From: Chloroflexota bacterium
GTDB lineage: Bacteria > Chloroflexota > Anaerolineae > UBA4142 > SHND01
DNA length: 64,000 bases
Direction: 5' to 3'
Assembly (NCBI GenBank): GCA_016209205.1
Contig: JACQWQ010000042.1
Coordinates: 13,917-77,916 of the forward strand
Shown: piece after piece, positions 54,555 through 64,000 of the stretch
Numbering within the stretch: position 1 is the first letter of the stretch
Layout of the letters: the number at the start of each line of letters is the position of its first letter
The notes under the pieces: generated by a model
Seen by the model: the letters and a program-made list of their open reading frames with translations, nothing else
What the model was told of the DNA's origin: nothing
Databases searched by the model: none
Position numbers and translations under genes: made by a program

Positions 54555-54932
54555 ATGGGACCCATCGGGATTGTGTTGGTGGATAATCATGCGGGTTTGG
54601 CGCGCATTGCGCGGCGTTTTATTCAGCAAGATCAAGAACTTGCCGTACTCGGCACCACACCAAATACGGACGTGCTTGACTTTGTCGTCCAGCGACAACC
54701 TGAAGTCGTCGTCATGGATCTGGACATATCGGATCCGTCAGTGCTCGATACGATTGCCTTGCTGCGCCTGCACCTACCGCAGCTGCATATTATTGCGCTG
54801 ACCTTGTTTGATCTAGAAAGTTATCGTCAAGCCGCGCTCGATGCGGGCGCGGATGCGTTCGTGACCAAAGAAACGCTCTATGCGGACCTCGTGCCGTGCA
54901 TTCGTCGCATCGCGCGCGCGGTCGAGTGCTGA
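54555..54932 (+). CDS. Single-domain response regulator
   Basis: GGAGGGAG RBS; VLVDNH, VVMDLD, AGADAFVTK. Confidence 0.85.
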   Translation: MGPIGIVLVDNHAGLARIARRFIQQDQELAVLGTTPNTDVLDFVVQRQPEVVVMDLDISDPSVLDTIALLRLHLPQLHIIALTLFDLESYRQAALDAGADAFVTKETLYADLVPCIRRIARAVEC

Positions 54933-55096
54933 TCCGACCCCACCGCGCTTGCTCCCTTTCGGACCATCCACAGACCTTCGAGGTTTTTGAACAATTTGCG
55001 TAGATTTCGACGTTCGCGGTGGAATTGTAGGCAATTCCATAAACCATCGAAGGTCTCTGCCACGTCCTCTCGACAGATAGTCCCTCCTCCTTGGCG

Positions 55097-55105
55097 TGAT
55101 ATAAT
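55097..55105 (+). promoter_or_regulatory. Extended -10 promoter (TGATATAAT) upstream of the argF leader
   Basis: Sequence match only. Confidence 0.5.
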
Positions 55106-55130
55106 GCGCGCAGTTTTTACGATTTCATCT

Positions 55131-55421
55131 GTCACCCGTCACATTTTCAAAGGAGTTGTTCATTCGCCTTGCGGCGCACCCGCAGTGGGATGAAAATGGA
55201 CGCGGGGAGGAGCTGCCAGCGGATGGTAAAGCGGATGAGCGGATGAAACCCCCGTCATCCGTCACCCGTCACATTTTCAAAGGAGTTCGTCGCGGCGCAC
55301 CCACAGTGGAATGAAAATCGGCGCAGGGTGGAGCTGCCAGTGGATGGTACGCTAGAATACAGCGCGAGCGAATAAGCGGATGAAACCCCGTCACCCGTCA
55401 CCCGCCACATTTTCAGAGGAG
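55131..55421 (+). repeat. Tandem ~130-bp duplication (two units plus a partial third) forming the argF 5' leader
   Basis: GTCACCCGTCACATTTTCAAAGGAG at 55131 and 55261; variant GTCACCCGCCACATTTTCAGAGGAG at ~55397. Confidence 0.9.
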
Positions 55422-55430
55422 ACCTCAGGA

Positions 55431-56432
55431 ATGCCAGTCAATTTACGCCATCGCAATTTTCTCAAAGAACTCGATTTCAGCCAGCAAGAATTTTTGTTTC
55501 TGCTCAAGCTCGCCGCCGACCTCAAAGCCGCGAAATATGGCGGATACGAACAGCCGCGCCTCAAGGGCAAAAACATCGCGTTGATTTTTGAGAAAACGTC
55601 TACGCGCACGCGCTGCGCCTTTGAAGTCGCCGCCTACGATCAGGGCGCGCACGTCACGTATCTTGGCCCCGAAGGCACGCAGATCGGGCACAAGGAATCT
55701 ATGAAAGATACCGCGCGCGTGTTGGGGCGCATGTACGACGGCATCGAGTATCGCGGCTTTGCACAGGCAACCGTCGAAATTCTTGCCCAGTACGCCGGTG
55801 TACCCGTGTGGAACGGTTTGACCAATGAATTTCATCCGACGCAATTGCTCGCCGATGTGTTGACGATGATGGAACATTCGACCAAGCCGCTGCACGAAAT
55901 TTCATATTGCTACGTCGGCGACTGCCGCAGCAATATGGGCAACTCGATGATGATTACGGGCTGCTTGTTGGGCATGGATGTACGCCTTTGCGGACCGGCG
56001 AACTTGCATCCGACACCCGAATTGGTGGCGCAAGCCCGCGCGTTGGCTGCGCAATCCGGTGCGCGTTTTACTTTGACGGACGATATGCGGGCAGCCATAC
56101 GAGGCGTTGACTTTGTACACACCGACGTGTGGGTCTCGATGGGCGAACCGAAAGAGGTGTGGGACGAACGCGTACGCTTGCTCAAGCCGTACCAAGTCAA
56201 TGCGCAGTTGATTGAAATGACGGGCAACCCTAACGTGAAATTCATGCACTGCCTCCCCGCGTTTCACAATCGCGAAACCAAAGTGGGCGAGGAGATTTTT
56301 CAAAAAACCGGACTCGACGGGTTAGAAGTCACCGAAGAGGTTTTCGAATCCGCACGCTCCATCGTGTTTGACCAAGCCGAAAACCGTGTGCACACCATCA
56401 AAGCGGTGATGGTCGCGACATTGGGCGATTGA
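55431..56432 (+). CDS. argF: Ornithine carbamoyltransferase (ArgF/ArcB)
   Basis: [31 protein letters not shown]. Anabolic versus catabolic role cannot be resolved from sequence. Confidence 0.95.
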   Translation: MPVNLRHRNFLKELDFSQQEFLFLLKLAADLKAAKYGGYEQPRLKGKNIALIFEKTSTRTRCAFEVAAYDQGAHVTYLGPEGTQIGHKESMKDTARVLGRMYDGIEYRGFAQATVEILAQYAGVPVWNGLTNEFHPTQLLADVLTMMEHSTKPLHEISYCYVGDCRSNMGNSMMITGCLLGMDVRLCGPANLHPTPELVAQARALAAQSGARFTLTDDMRAAIRGVDFVHTDVWVSMGEPKEVWDERVRLLKPYQVNAQLIEMTGNPNVKFMHCLPAFHNRETKVGEEIFQKTGLDGLEVTEEVFESARSIVFDQAENRVHTIKAVMVATLGD

Positions 56433-56445
56433 GGATTACACGCAT

Positions 56446-57826
56446 CATGCCGAGACAGCAAAGCAGCGCCTTGAGAAAAAACAAAATCGTTCCCGTCCTC
56501 AAACGTGCGCCCGAACAGGTGATGCACATCTTTGAGGACTTTGCGCATTCCGAAGCCACAGGCAGCGTATTGCTCTTGATTGCCACCGTCACCGCCTTGA
56601 TTTGGGCAAATTCGCCGTGGGCAGCAGATTATTTCAATCTTTCGCGCGCACAACTCGGGCTTGCGATCGGCGAAGCCACATTTACGCTCTCGCTGCATCA
56701 AGTCATCAACGACGGTTTGATGGCGTTGTTTTTTTTGGTCGTCGGTCTGGAAATCAAACGCGAAGTCGTCGTCGGCGAGCTGTCCTCGTTGAGCAAAGCC
56801 CTTGTGCCAGTCGCCGCTGCCTTCGGCGGCATGATCTTGCCTGCCGCAATTTTTTTGCTTCTCAATGCCGGCAAATCAGCCGAGCGGGGCTGGGGCATAC
56901 CGATGGCAACCGACATTGCCTTTGCCTTGGGCGTCCTCGCGCTGTTGGGCAGTCGCGTGCCTCCGGCGCTCAAGATATTTCTCACGGCGCTCGCGATTGC
57001 GGATGATCTCGGCGCAGTGGTGGTGATCGCGCGGTTTTACACCAGCGCGCTGAATTTCTTGCCGCTGTTGTTCACCGCAGTGCTGCTGGCGTTGATTGTC
57101 GTCGCCGGGCGCGCACAGATCAAGCGCACCGAAGTCTATGTTCTATTGGCAATCGGCGTCTGGGCGGCGGTGTTACTTTCGGGAATTCACGCGACGATTG
57201 CAGGGGTGCTGATTGCGTTGACCATTCCCGTGCGCACACGCGTTGCGCCAGAGAAATTGATCAAGACCGGACGCGCCAAACTAGCGGAACTGGAACAGCA
57301 AGAGTTGGCGCGGGACAGCATGATTCACGACCGCGCGCAAATGGAAACCATCAACGAATTGTATGACGCGACGCTCGCGCTGCGCCCCGTCGGATTGGCG
57401 GTCGAAGAGTATTTCCATCCCGTGTTGGTCTGGTTTATTCTGCCGCTCTTTGCCTTGTTCAACGCGGGCGTGCAATTCGACGAGCATTTTGTCGCTTCCT
57501 TTACACAACCCGTGACGCTCGGCATTCTATTTGGCTTGGTCGTGGGAAAACAAATCGGCGTGACCCTTTTCACCTGGCTAGCGGTGCGTAGTGGTCGCGC
57601 CGGACTGCCGACGGACGTGGATTGGAAACAGATTTACGCGGTGAGCTGGCTGTGCGGGATGGGTTTTACCATGTCGTTGTTTGTGACCGAACTCGCGTTC
57701 GAACAAGAAGTCCTCATCAATGACGCCAAAGTGGGCATTCTATTCGCGTCGCTGATTGCCGGCGTTGTCGGATATGTGTTGTTGTATGTGTGGCTGCCGA
57801 AAATGGTTGACCATAAAGCGCGCTGA
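56446..57826 (+). CDS. nhaA: Na+/H+ antiporter NhaA (start uncertain)
   Basis: INDGLMALFF, GLEIKRE, IPMATDIAF, ALAIADDLGA, SGIHATIAGV, CGMGFTMSLF. Confidence 0.93.
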
Positions 57827-57858
57827 ATTAAACTGAGCATGGGCGTATTCTGCGTTTT

Positions 57859-58266
57859 TGTCATTCTGAGATGTCCAGCCCACGTGGGCTGCGTGACCCG
57901 CAGAAACTGTCTGTTGAACCCCTCATGCTTCGTGCGATGAACTCCATCGCGAGTAAACTCTGTGAAACATCTGGGACGAAGCATCCTTCGGCTGCGCTCA
58001 GAGCCTGCCCCTTCGATTCCTCAGGGCAGGCTCTGAGGAATCGAAGGGACAGGTTCTCTGGTTTGGCGTAGAGATTCTGGCGATGTGCGATGTAGGCGAT
58101 GGGTGCGATGTATTCTCATCGCCTACATCGCACATCGCCTACATCGCATGTCCCTTCAGAATGACAGTTGGCAGTTTCTGTGCAGCGGAGCGAGATATCT
58201 CACTCCGTTCGATATGACAGTCCTGAGCCCATACAGCCCCTGCGGGCTGACCATCTCAGAATGACA
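57859..58266. mobile_element. Composite family C element with perfect 15-bp TIRs (TGTCATTCTGAGATG)
   Basis: IRs at 57859-57873 and 58252-58266; contains inverted GCGATGT/ACATCGC repeats and the mobA stop. Confidence 0.82.
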
Positions 58267-58906
58267 ACTTGGACAGCTCTGCCCATTCTTCGGGCGTGTT
58301 TACGTTCCACACGGAACGCCCCAGCGGATCAAAACGCGCGCTTTCGTCAGGCGTGACGACGCGCACGCGTACCTCTGAATGAAAACCAATCGTGCGTCGC
58401 TCGCCGCGTTCCAGCGCCGCGCGCATCGAGGCGAGACAATGTTTGGTGTAGACGGCGTGAAGCGGGTGCAAATCCAAATCTTTGGCGCGTAGGAATGCGC
58501 CGCTAGCCGTGTCCGTCGCGCGCTTTGCGCCGGGCAGATTGGGCAGCACCACATCATAATCCTCCGCAAACGACAACATATATTCCAACAAGCCGACATT
58601 CAAAAAAGGCATATCGCACGCGACGACGATTGCGGCGGCGTGCTTTGCCGCGTCCAAGCTCGCGTAAATTCCGGCAAGGGGACCCGCGCCGGGAAACGTA
58701 TCGGGGATCACGCGCGCGTCCAGCGCCGCAAAACGCGCGGCGTCATTTGCCGAAATCAAAATCTCGTCCGCGAGTTTTGCCACGCGCTGCATCACGCGCA
58801 CGATTAAGGGCTCGCCATTCCATTCCAACCACGCCTTGTCTGTTCCCATGCGACTGCTCTTGCCGCCCGCCAAAATGATCGCACTCGCTTGTTGCATAGC
58901 CAACAT
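58256..58906 (-). CDS. mobA: Molybdenum cofactor guanylyltransferase MobA
   Basis: ILAGGKSSRMGTDKA, GPLAGI, VACDMPF, HPLHAVY, NVNTPEE. Confidence 0.92.
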   Translation of the reverse strand: MLAMQQASAIILAGGKSSRMGTDKAWLEWNGEPLIVRVMQRVAKLADEILISANDAARFAALDARVIPDTFPGAGPLAGIYASLDAAKHAAAIVVACDMPFLNVGLLEYMLSFAEDYDVVLPNLPGAKRATDTASGAFLRAKDLDLHPLHAVYTKHCLASMRAALERGERRTIGFHSEVRVRVVTPDESARFDPLGRSVWNVNTPEEWAELSKLSF

Positions 58907-58970
58907 GATAACATGAATCGCGGGGCGAACGAGTCCAACCTAATAGACGAATCAAATAAACGTCATGGTA

Positions 58971-59060
58971 TGTCATTCTGAACGAAGTGAAGAATCTCTA
59001 CGTGGCAACCAGAGAACCTGTCCTGAGTAGTCGAAGGATGCTTCGTCCCTCAGCATAACA
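58971..59060. mobile_element. TGTCATTCTGAACGAAGTGAAGAATCT palindromic element
   Basis: Same terminal motif family as 20153; ends GATGCTTCGTCCCTCAGCATAACA. Confidence 0.7.
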
Positions 59061-59205
59061 TCGTCCAACTTTAATTCGAGTCCTCTATAAGGGGAGCATT
59101 AGCGTCGTATTCGACGCAACGAACCATCATTCGCCATCGGTTGCGGCGACCAGCATTCATATTCCCTTAAGGTTCAGCGCGTATGCTCTCTGGGGTAGTT
59201 TGTCG

Positions 59206-59273
59206 AGACCCGAAGGGTTTTGGCACAACCTCGCGCATCAAGTCGCGCGGCGCGGCAAAAACCCTTCGGGTCT
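59206..59273. repeat. REP-like inverted pair AGACCCGAAGGGTTTT / AAAACCCTTCGGGTCT
   Basis: Perfect 16-bp IR with the same architecture as 45574-45676. Confidence 0.8.
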
Positions 59274-59330
59274 GGATGACTTGCAGACTGCCCATTTGGG
59301 GGATGTAAAATACTCGAGCAATCGGTTAGG

Positions 59331-60284
59331 ATGAACAAAATGCGTTGGCGAAATATCGGTCTGGGCGCGGTCGCTCTCGGCGCGGCGGCAGGGATTTGGG
59401 CGGCGCTGCATTACGGCAATCGCTTTCTGGATCAGTTTGAAGATACCCCGCACGACGAAAATGCATCTGGAAAATTTTTCACCACGTCGGCGGGCTGGCG
59501 AATCCACTACACCGTTCAGGGAGAAGGTTCGCCGGTAGTTTTGATTCACGGTTTCATGGACTCGCTGCAAACGTGGCGGCGCAACGCGCACGTGTTGGCG
59601 CAAACCCACCGCGTATATGCGATTGACGTTTTGGGTTTTGGCTCCTCCGACCGCGTGCGCGCGCCAATTTATACCTTGAAACAGCAGGCGCGCTTGTTGC
59701 ACGAGTTTTTTACGGCGCAAAAGATCGAACATGCCGCCGTGATCGGGCATTCGATGGGCGGCGCATTGGCATTGCAGTTTGCGTATGATTTTCCCGAATT
59801 GGTTCACAAACTGGTGTTGATTGCGCCAGCAACCTATCTCTATGCCGCGTTCCCGCGAAATGGCTTGCGCCGCATTCCGCGACGCGTATCGCGCGGCGTT
59901 TTCGGCTTGTATCACAAATTGTACGGCGACCGGACGAATCCGCTGCGTTTGGCGTACGGCGATGCGGCGCGCATTACCCCGGACGCCGTTCAGATTCGTA
60001 ATCAAATGATGCACGTGCGCGGCACGCATGACGCGTTGATCTCGATGTCCAAATCGAAACGTGAGAGCGACGTGCCGCACCGTTTGCAGCAAGTCAATGC
60101 GCCGACGCTGCTGGTATGGGGCAAACGCGACCGCGTGGTGCCCGGCTGGCACGCCGAGCGCCATTACCACGAATTGCCCAACGCGCGTTTGGCGTGGATC
60201 GAAACCGCAGGCCACTTGCCGCACGAAGAAGAGCCGGATTCGGTGAACGAATTGTTGAAAGAGTTCCTGGATAGTGATCAGTGA
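59331..60284 (+). CDS. Alpha/beta hydrolase with N-terminal anchor
   Basis: LIHGF, GHSMGG nucleophile elbow, WGKRD, GHLPHEE. Confidence 0.92.
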   Translation: MNKMRWRNIGLGAVALGAAAGIWAALHYGNRFLDQFEDTPHDENASGKFFTTSAGWRIHYTVQGEGSPVVLIHGFMDSLQTWRRNAHVLAQTHRVYAIDVLGFGSSDRVRAPIYTLKQQARLLHEFFTAQKIEHAAVIGHSMGGALALQFAYDFPELVHKLVLIAPATYLYAAFPRNGLRRIPRRVSRGVFGLYHKLYGDRTNPLRLAYGDAARITPDAVQIRNQMMHVRGTHDALISMSKSKRESDVPHRLQQVNAPTLLVWGKRDRVVPGWHAERHYHELPNARLAWIETAGHLPHEEEPDSVNELLKEFLDSDQ

Positions 60285-60345
60285 CCAGTGACCAGTGATC
60301 AGTGATCAGTGACCAGTGATCAGTGATCAGTGACCAGTGATCAGT
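60273..60345. repeat. Heptamer tandem repeat CAGTGA(C/T)
   Basis: About 10 units; encodes the hydrolase stop. Confidence 0.92.
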
Positions 60346-60372
60346 AAACTGATTACTGGTAATTGATAGAAC

Positions 60373-61332
60373 ATGACGAGAACGCGCGAATTTGAAGCAT
60401 TAGACGCCTACTCGACGCTGGTGAATTACGCGGCCGAACGCGTGGGACCCGCGGTGGTAAAAATCGAGACGCAGCTCGCGCGCGGCGGACGACGCAACGC
60501 GCAAGATGGACAAGGCAGCGGCGTCATTTTTCGACGCGATGGGCAGATTCTCACCAACGCGCACGTCGTGGAAGGCGCGCGCGTAATTCGCGTAATTCTC
60601 GCGGATGGACGACAATTTGAAGCGGGACTCGTCGGCGCGGACCGCGCCCAAGATATTGCCGAATTGCGCATTGGGGCGCGCGATTTGCCGGTGGCGGAAT
60701 TGAGTGAACGTCCGCTCAAGGTGGGACAATTGGTGATCGCGGTCGGCAATCCGTACGGGTTGGGTTGGACCGTGACTTCGGGCGTCGTCAGCGCGCTGCA
60801 CCGCGAATTGCCCAACCCACGCGGCGGCAAGCTGACGAATTTGATTCAGACCGACGCGCCCATCAATCCGGGTTCGAGCGGCGGACCGCTCGTAGATTCG
60901 CAGGGCCGCGTCATTGGCATCACCACCGCGATTGTGCCCTACGCACAGGGATTGGGGTTCGCGGCGCCGACCGTCACCGCGTTGAATGTCTTGGGCAGAT
61001 TTATTCCGTCGGAACGCGTGCCGCCCAATCCCGCGTTGGGATTGGGCGGCACGCAAACGCGCATTGCGGATTGGATTGTGGAACGCAATCAGCTCGCGCA
61101 AAAAGAGGGGATTTTGATTTTGGAAATCAAGCCGTCCAGCCCCGCCGCGCGCGCCAGTTTGAAATTGAATGACATCATTCTCGACGTGAATGGACAATCG
61201 GTAAAAACGCCCGCCGAGATGGCAAAAAAAATCAGCCAGTTCACGTCGCGGGAATCCGTTTCGCTGGGCTTTTTGCGGCAAGGCACGCGCCGACGTGTGA
61301 CCGTCACCCTGAATGGAAAGCATGAGGGCTAA
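60373..61332 (+). CDS. HtrA/DegS-like trypsin protease with one PDZ domain
   Basis: GSGVI, LTNAHVV, DIA, IQTDAPINPGSSGGPL, then PDZ. Confidence 0.92.
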   Translation: MTRTREFEALDAYSTLVNYAAERVGPAVVKIETQLARGGRRNAQDGQGSGVIFRRDGQILTNAHVVEGARVIRVILADGRQFEAGLVGADRAQDIAELRIGARDLPVAELSERPLKVGQLVIAVGNPYGLGWTVTSGVVSALHRELPNPRGGKLTNLIQTDAPINPGSSGGPLVDSQGRVIGITTAIVPYAQGLGFAAPTVTALNVLGRFIPSERVPPNPALGLGGTQTRIADWIVERNQLAQKEGILILEIKPSSPAARASLKLNDIILDVNGQSVKTPAEMAKKISQFTSRESVSLGFLRQGTRRRVTVTLNGKHEG

Positions 61333-61440
61333 ACGTATTCTTAAGGGACACCTTTGCAAATTTGTTCGACAAGAGGGGAATTTCTGATATAATTCTTGCG
61401 CCGCCAGAACAGGGGCGGTGTTAGGGAACGGTGGATAAGC

Positions 61441-63396
61441 ATGAATCCGAACAACCAATGGTATCGCAACGGGCTGGTCTATTTGCTAATTATTGTCACA
61501 CTCGCCGCCCTTGCGTTCAATATCTTTCAGCAACCGCGCCAGACCAAACAGATCAGCATCGCGGATGTGGCGTCGGCGATCAAGAACGGCGAAGTTTCCA
61601 AAGCCGCGATCAACGGTTCCAGCGTTACGATCACGTACAAAAGTGGTGGTCAAACCGCCACAGCACAGTTCTCGCGCTCGCCCAACGTAACTTTTGGCAG
61701 TGAAATGGAAAGTCTGGGCGTAACAAAGGAACAATATCTTGCCGCCAATCCGGTCTATGATAATCCTCCGCAGTGGGACAGTATCGTTCAATTGTTGATC
61801 AGCATTCTGCCCTTTTTGTTAATTGGTGGTCTGTTCTTTTTCCTGATGCGTCAGGCGCAGTCGGGCAACAATCAAGCCATGTCGTTCGGCAAATCGCGTG
61901 CGCGTATGTTCAGCGGCGACAAACCGACGGTGACGTTCGCGGATGTCGCGGGCGTGGAAGAAGCCAAAGCCGAATTACAAGAAGTGGTCGAATTCCTCAA
62001 AGAGCCGGACAAATTTACCGCGCTCGGCGCGCGCATTCCGAAAGGTGTGCTCCTCGTCGGACCTCCGGGCACAGGCAAAACACTGCTTGCCCGCGCGGTT
62101 GCCGGCGAAGCCAACGTTCCGTTCTTTAGCATCAGCGGTTCCGAATTTGTCGAAATGTTCGTCGGCGTCGGCGCGAGCCGCGTGCGCGATCTGTTTGACA
62201 CGGCAAAGCGCAATTCGCCGTGTATCGTGTTCGTGGACGAAATCGACGCGGTCGGCCGCCATCGCGGCGCCGGTCTCGGCGGTTCGCACGACGAACGCGA
62301 GCAGACGTTGAATCAAATTTTGGTCGAGATGGACGGTTTCGATACCGACACGAACGTCATCATTATCGCGTCAACCAACCGTCCCGACATTCTCGATCCG
62401 GCACTTTTACGCCCCGGTCGTTTTGACCGTCGCGTTGTTTTGGATCGTCCCGACATGGTGGGACGCAAAGCGATTTTGGAAGTACATACGCGCGGCAAAC
62501 CGCTGGGCGATGATGTGAATTTGGTCGCAGTAGCGAAAAGCACGCCGGGCTTTTCCGGTGCGGACATTGAAAATCTGGTGAACGAAGCAGCAATTCTCGC
62601 GGCGCGACGCAACAAAAAAGCAATCTCGATGAGTGAGTTGCAAGAAGCCGTGGAAAAAGTGATTGCGGGTCCCGAACGCAAGAGCCGCATCATCAGCGAA
62701 GACGAGAAAAAAGTTATTGCATTCCACGAAGCAGGACACGCGGTTGTGATGCGCATGTTACCGAACTGCGATCCGGTGTACAAAGTTTCGATTGTTTCGC
62801 GCGGCATGGCGCTCGGCATTACGATGCACTTGCCCGAAGACGATCGTTACTTGATGCGCCGCAGCAAATTCTTGGACGATATGGCAGCACTGCTTGGCGG
62901 ACGCGCGGCGGAACAACTTGTCTTTGGCGACATCACAACGGGTGCATCAAACGACCTCGAACGCGTGACCGACCTGTCGCGCTCGATGGTCACGCGGTAT
63001 GGCATGAGTGATTCGTTGGGTCCGCGCACGTTCGGCGACCGCGAAGAACTCGTGTTCCTCGGGCGCGAGATTTCTGAACAGCGCAACTATTCGGAAGAGG
63101 TCGCGCAGCAAATTGATAATGAAGTCAAGAACTTGGTGATGCAATCGTACGACCGCGCCATCGCGATCCTCACGCAATATCGTAACAAACTCGACGAATT
63201 GGCAGACCGATTGATCAAAGTCGAAACGGTGGATGCAGCGGAGTTTGAAGCGATTTTCGCCGATGCGCCGAAATTCGAGCGCCCGCGCTATACGCCGATT
63301 CCCGCAACGACGAGCGCGCCGAACGCGCCAAAAGCGGAAACCCCGCCCTCGTCCGAACGCGGCGCATTACCACCGCTTGCGCCGTCGCCTGCATAG
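61441..63396 (+). CDS. ftsH: ATP-dependent zinc metalloprotease FtsH
   Basis: Two TMs, [37 protein letters not shown]. Confidence 0.98.
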   Translation: MNPNNQWYRNGLVYLLIIVTLAALAFNIFQQPRQTKQISIADVASAIKNGEVSKAAINGSSVTITYKSGGQTATAQFSRSPNVTFGSEMESLGVTKEQYLAANPVYDNPPQWDSIVQLLISILPFLLIGGLFFFLMRQAQSGNNQAMSFGKSRARMFSGDKPTVTFADVAGVEEAKAELQEVVEFLKEPDKFTALGARIPKGVLLVGPPGTGKTLLARAVAGEANVPFFSISGSEFVEMFVGVGASRVRDLFDTAKRNSPCIVFVDEIDAVGRHRGAGLGGSHDEREQTLNQILVEMDGFDTDTNVIIIASTNRPDILDPALLRPGRFDRRVVLDRPDMVGRKAILEVHTRGKPLGDDVNLVAVAKSTPGFSGADIENLVNEAAILAARRNKKAISMSELQEAVEKVIAGPERKSRIISEDEKKVIAFHEAGHAVVMRMLPNCDPVYKVSIVSRGMALGITMHLPEDDRYLMRRSKFLDDMAALLGGRAAEQLVFGDITTGASNDLERVTDLSRSMVTRYGMSDSLGPRTFGDREELVFLGREISEQRNYSEEVAQQIDNEVKNLVMQSYDRAIAILTQYRNKLDELADRLIKVETVDAAEFEAIFADAPKFERPRYTPIPATTSAPNAPKAETPPSSERGALPPLAPSPA

Positions 63397-63532
63397 TGCG
63401 CGCATACATGCTTGCATACTTGCTCGCAGGTATGCACGAAATCGAAATGTGAATACAATAGCCGAGTGGCAAAATGCTGCTCGGCTATTTTTTTGAGGCA
63501 AAGCTGCGAGTGGACCGCAAGGAGGACGCGAA

Positions 63533-64000
63533 ATGAGAAAGCAGAAATCGTTTTCCGACACGTTGCGAACAAAAATGTACGCGGCTTTCCACGGAGGTAG
63601 AGAAGCTGCCCTTGAAACGTATCTGGCATGGATTGAAGAAGCTCGTCGCGAAGGCGATTTTGACGAAGCGGATAAGAATTGGCGTAAGGCGCGTTTTTAC
63701 TATGCCTCATCAAAAAAGAGTTCGATCAATGATGTGCTGTATGACGAGCGGCTAAAAACAGCGCGACGCGCTCTTGAGTTGAATCAACCCGAGACAGCGC
63801 AAGAGTGGCTTTCCGGTCAATACGAGTGGGGGCGCGTTCTTTGCGAAAATAGATTTGACTCCACCGACTTGGCAGACGTTTGGGCGGACTTGGCAATCGT
63901 GTACGGCAACAAGGGAAATGCGGAGAAAAGTAAGGTTTGTATCGTTAATGCTATAACTCTCGGTGGATTTGACGCTGAAAGAGATTCTTCACGATTACGT
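63533..64000 (+). CDS. Hypothetical, possibly TPR-like protein (runs off the window end)
   Basis: AAGGAGG RBS; 156 open codons to the window end (MRKQKSFSDTLRTKMY...); more AT-rich than neighbours. Confidence 0.6.
   Translation, partial: MRKQKSFSDTLRTKMYAAFHGGREAALETYLAWIEEARREGDFDEADKNWRKARFYYASSKKSSINDVLYDERLKTARRALELNQPETAQEWLSGQYEWGRVLCENRFDSTDLADVWADLAIVYGNKGNAEKSKVCIVNAITLGGFDAERDSSRLR

Noticed and set aside
55131-55421. Assignment to a named riboswitch (ykkC/guanidine, ZTP, glycine, nhaA motifs)
   Set aside because: Only loose similarity; the diagnostic conserved segments are not present. Kept as an unassigned candidate.
57010-57050. NhaA inactivation by Arg in IARFY (usually IALFY)
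   Set aside because: Single substitution; the DD motif and other motifs are intact; effect cannot be judged from sequence.
60860-60895. Inactive HtrA because of GSSGG instead of GNSGG
   Set aside because: The catalytic Ser position is retained, along with His and Asp.
59238-61458. Minus-strand ORFs of 328 aa and 352 aa
   Set aside because: Antisense shadows of the hydrolase and HtrA genes.
1-64000. rRNA, tRNA, transposase, integrase or prophage genes
   Set aside because: None recognisable by eye or in the ORF track; a tRNAscan or Infernal run would be needed to exclude small RNAs.

Overview
Moderately GC-rich bacterial DNA, most likely Chloroflexota (Anaerolineae-like). This taxonomy is inferred from gene content and repeat style, not from a marker gene. 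No rRNA, tRNA or CRISPR array was found. Layout: (1) 1-4156: end of an acyl-CoA ligase / Liv-type ABC / PaaK-like cluster. (2) 4192-17727: a NarX/NarL-like pair upstream of a Tat-exported, anammox-type nitrite oxidoreductase / nitrate reductase operon (nxrA, nxrB, TorD-like chaperone, EbdC-like heme b subunit, accessory genes). An antisense hicBA module interrupts it. nxrA appears to carry an in-frame deletion of about 90 codons, and nxrB has a frameshift just before its natural stop. (3) 20368-46479: a ~26 kb minus-strand cluster encoding an archaeal-type flagellum (archaellin arlB, arlG, arlF, arlH, arlI, arlJ, A24 peptidase). A complete Wsp/ACF-like chemosensory system, a hybrid kinase and several receiver proteins sit between arlF and arlH. 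ArlH is fused to an N-terminal receiver domain, which suggests direct phosphorelay control of the motor. An O-ligase/OTase-TPR gene and a possible ArlCDE-like gene lie next to arlB, and divergent PilN- and PilO-LysM-like genes flank the cluster. arlG is 3'-truncated at a 119-bp MITE. (4) 50757-64000: two-component genes, argF with a tandem-duplicated leader, nhaA, mobA, a hydrolase, an HtrA protease, ftsH and a partial orphan ORF. Throughout, there are many 7-10-mer tandem repeats and palindromic MITE/REP-like elements; several sit in frame inside genes or supply their stop codons.
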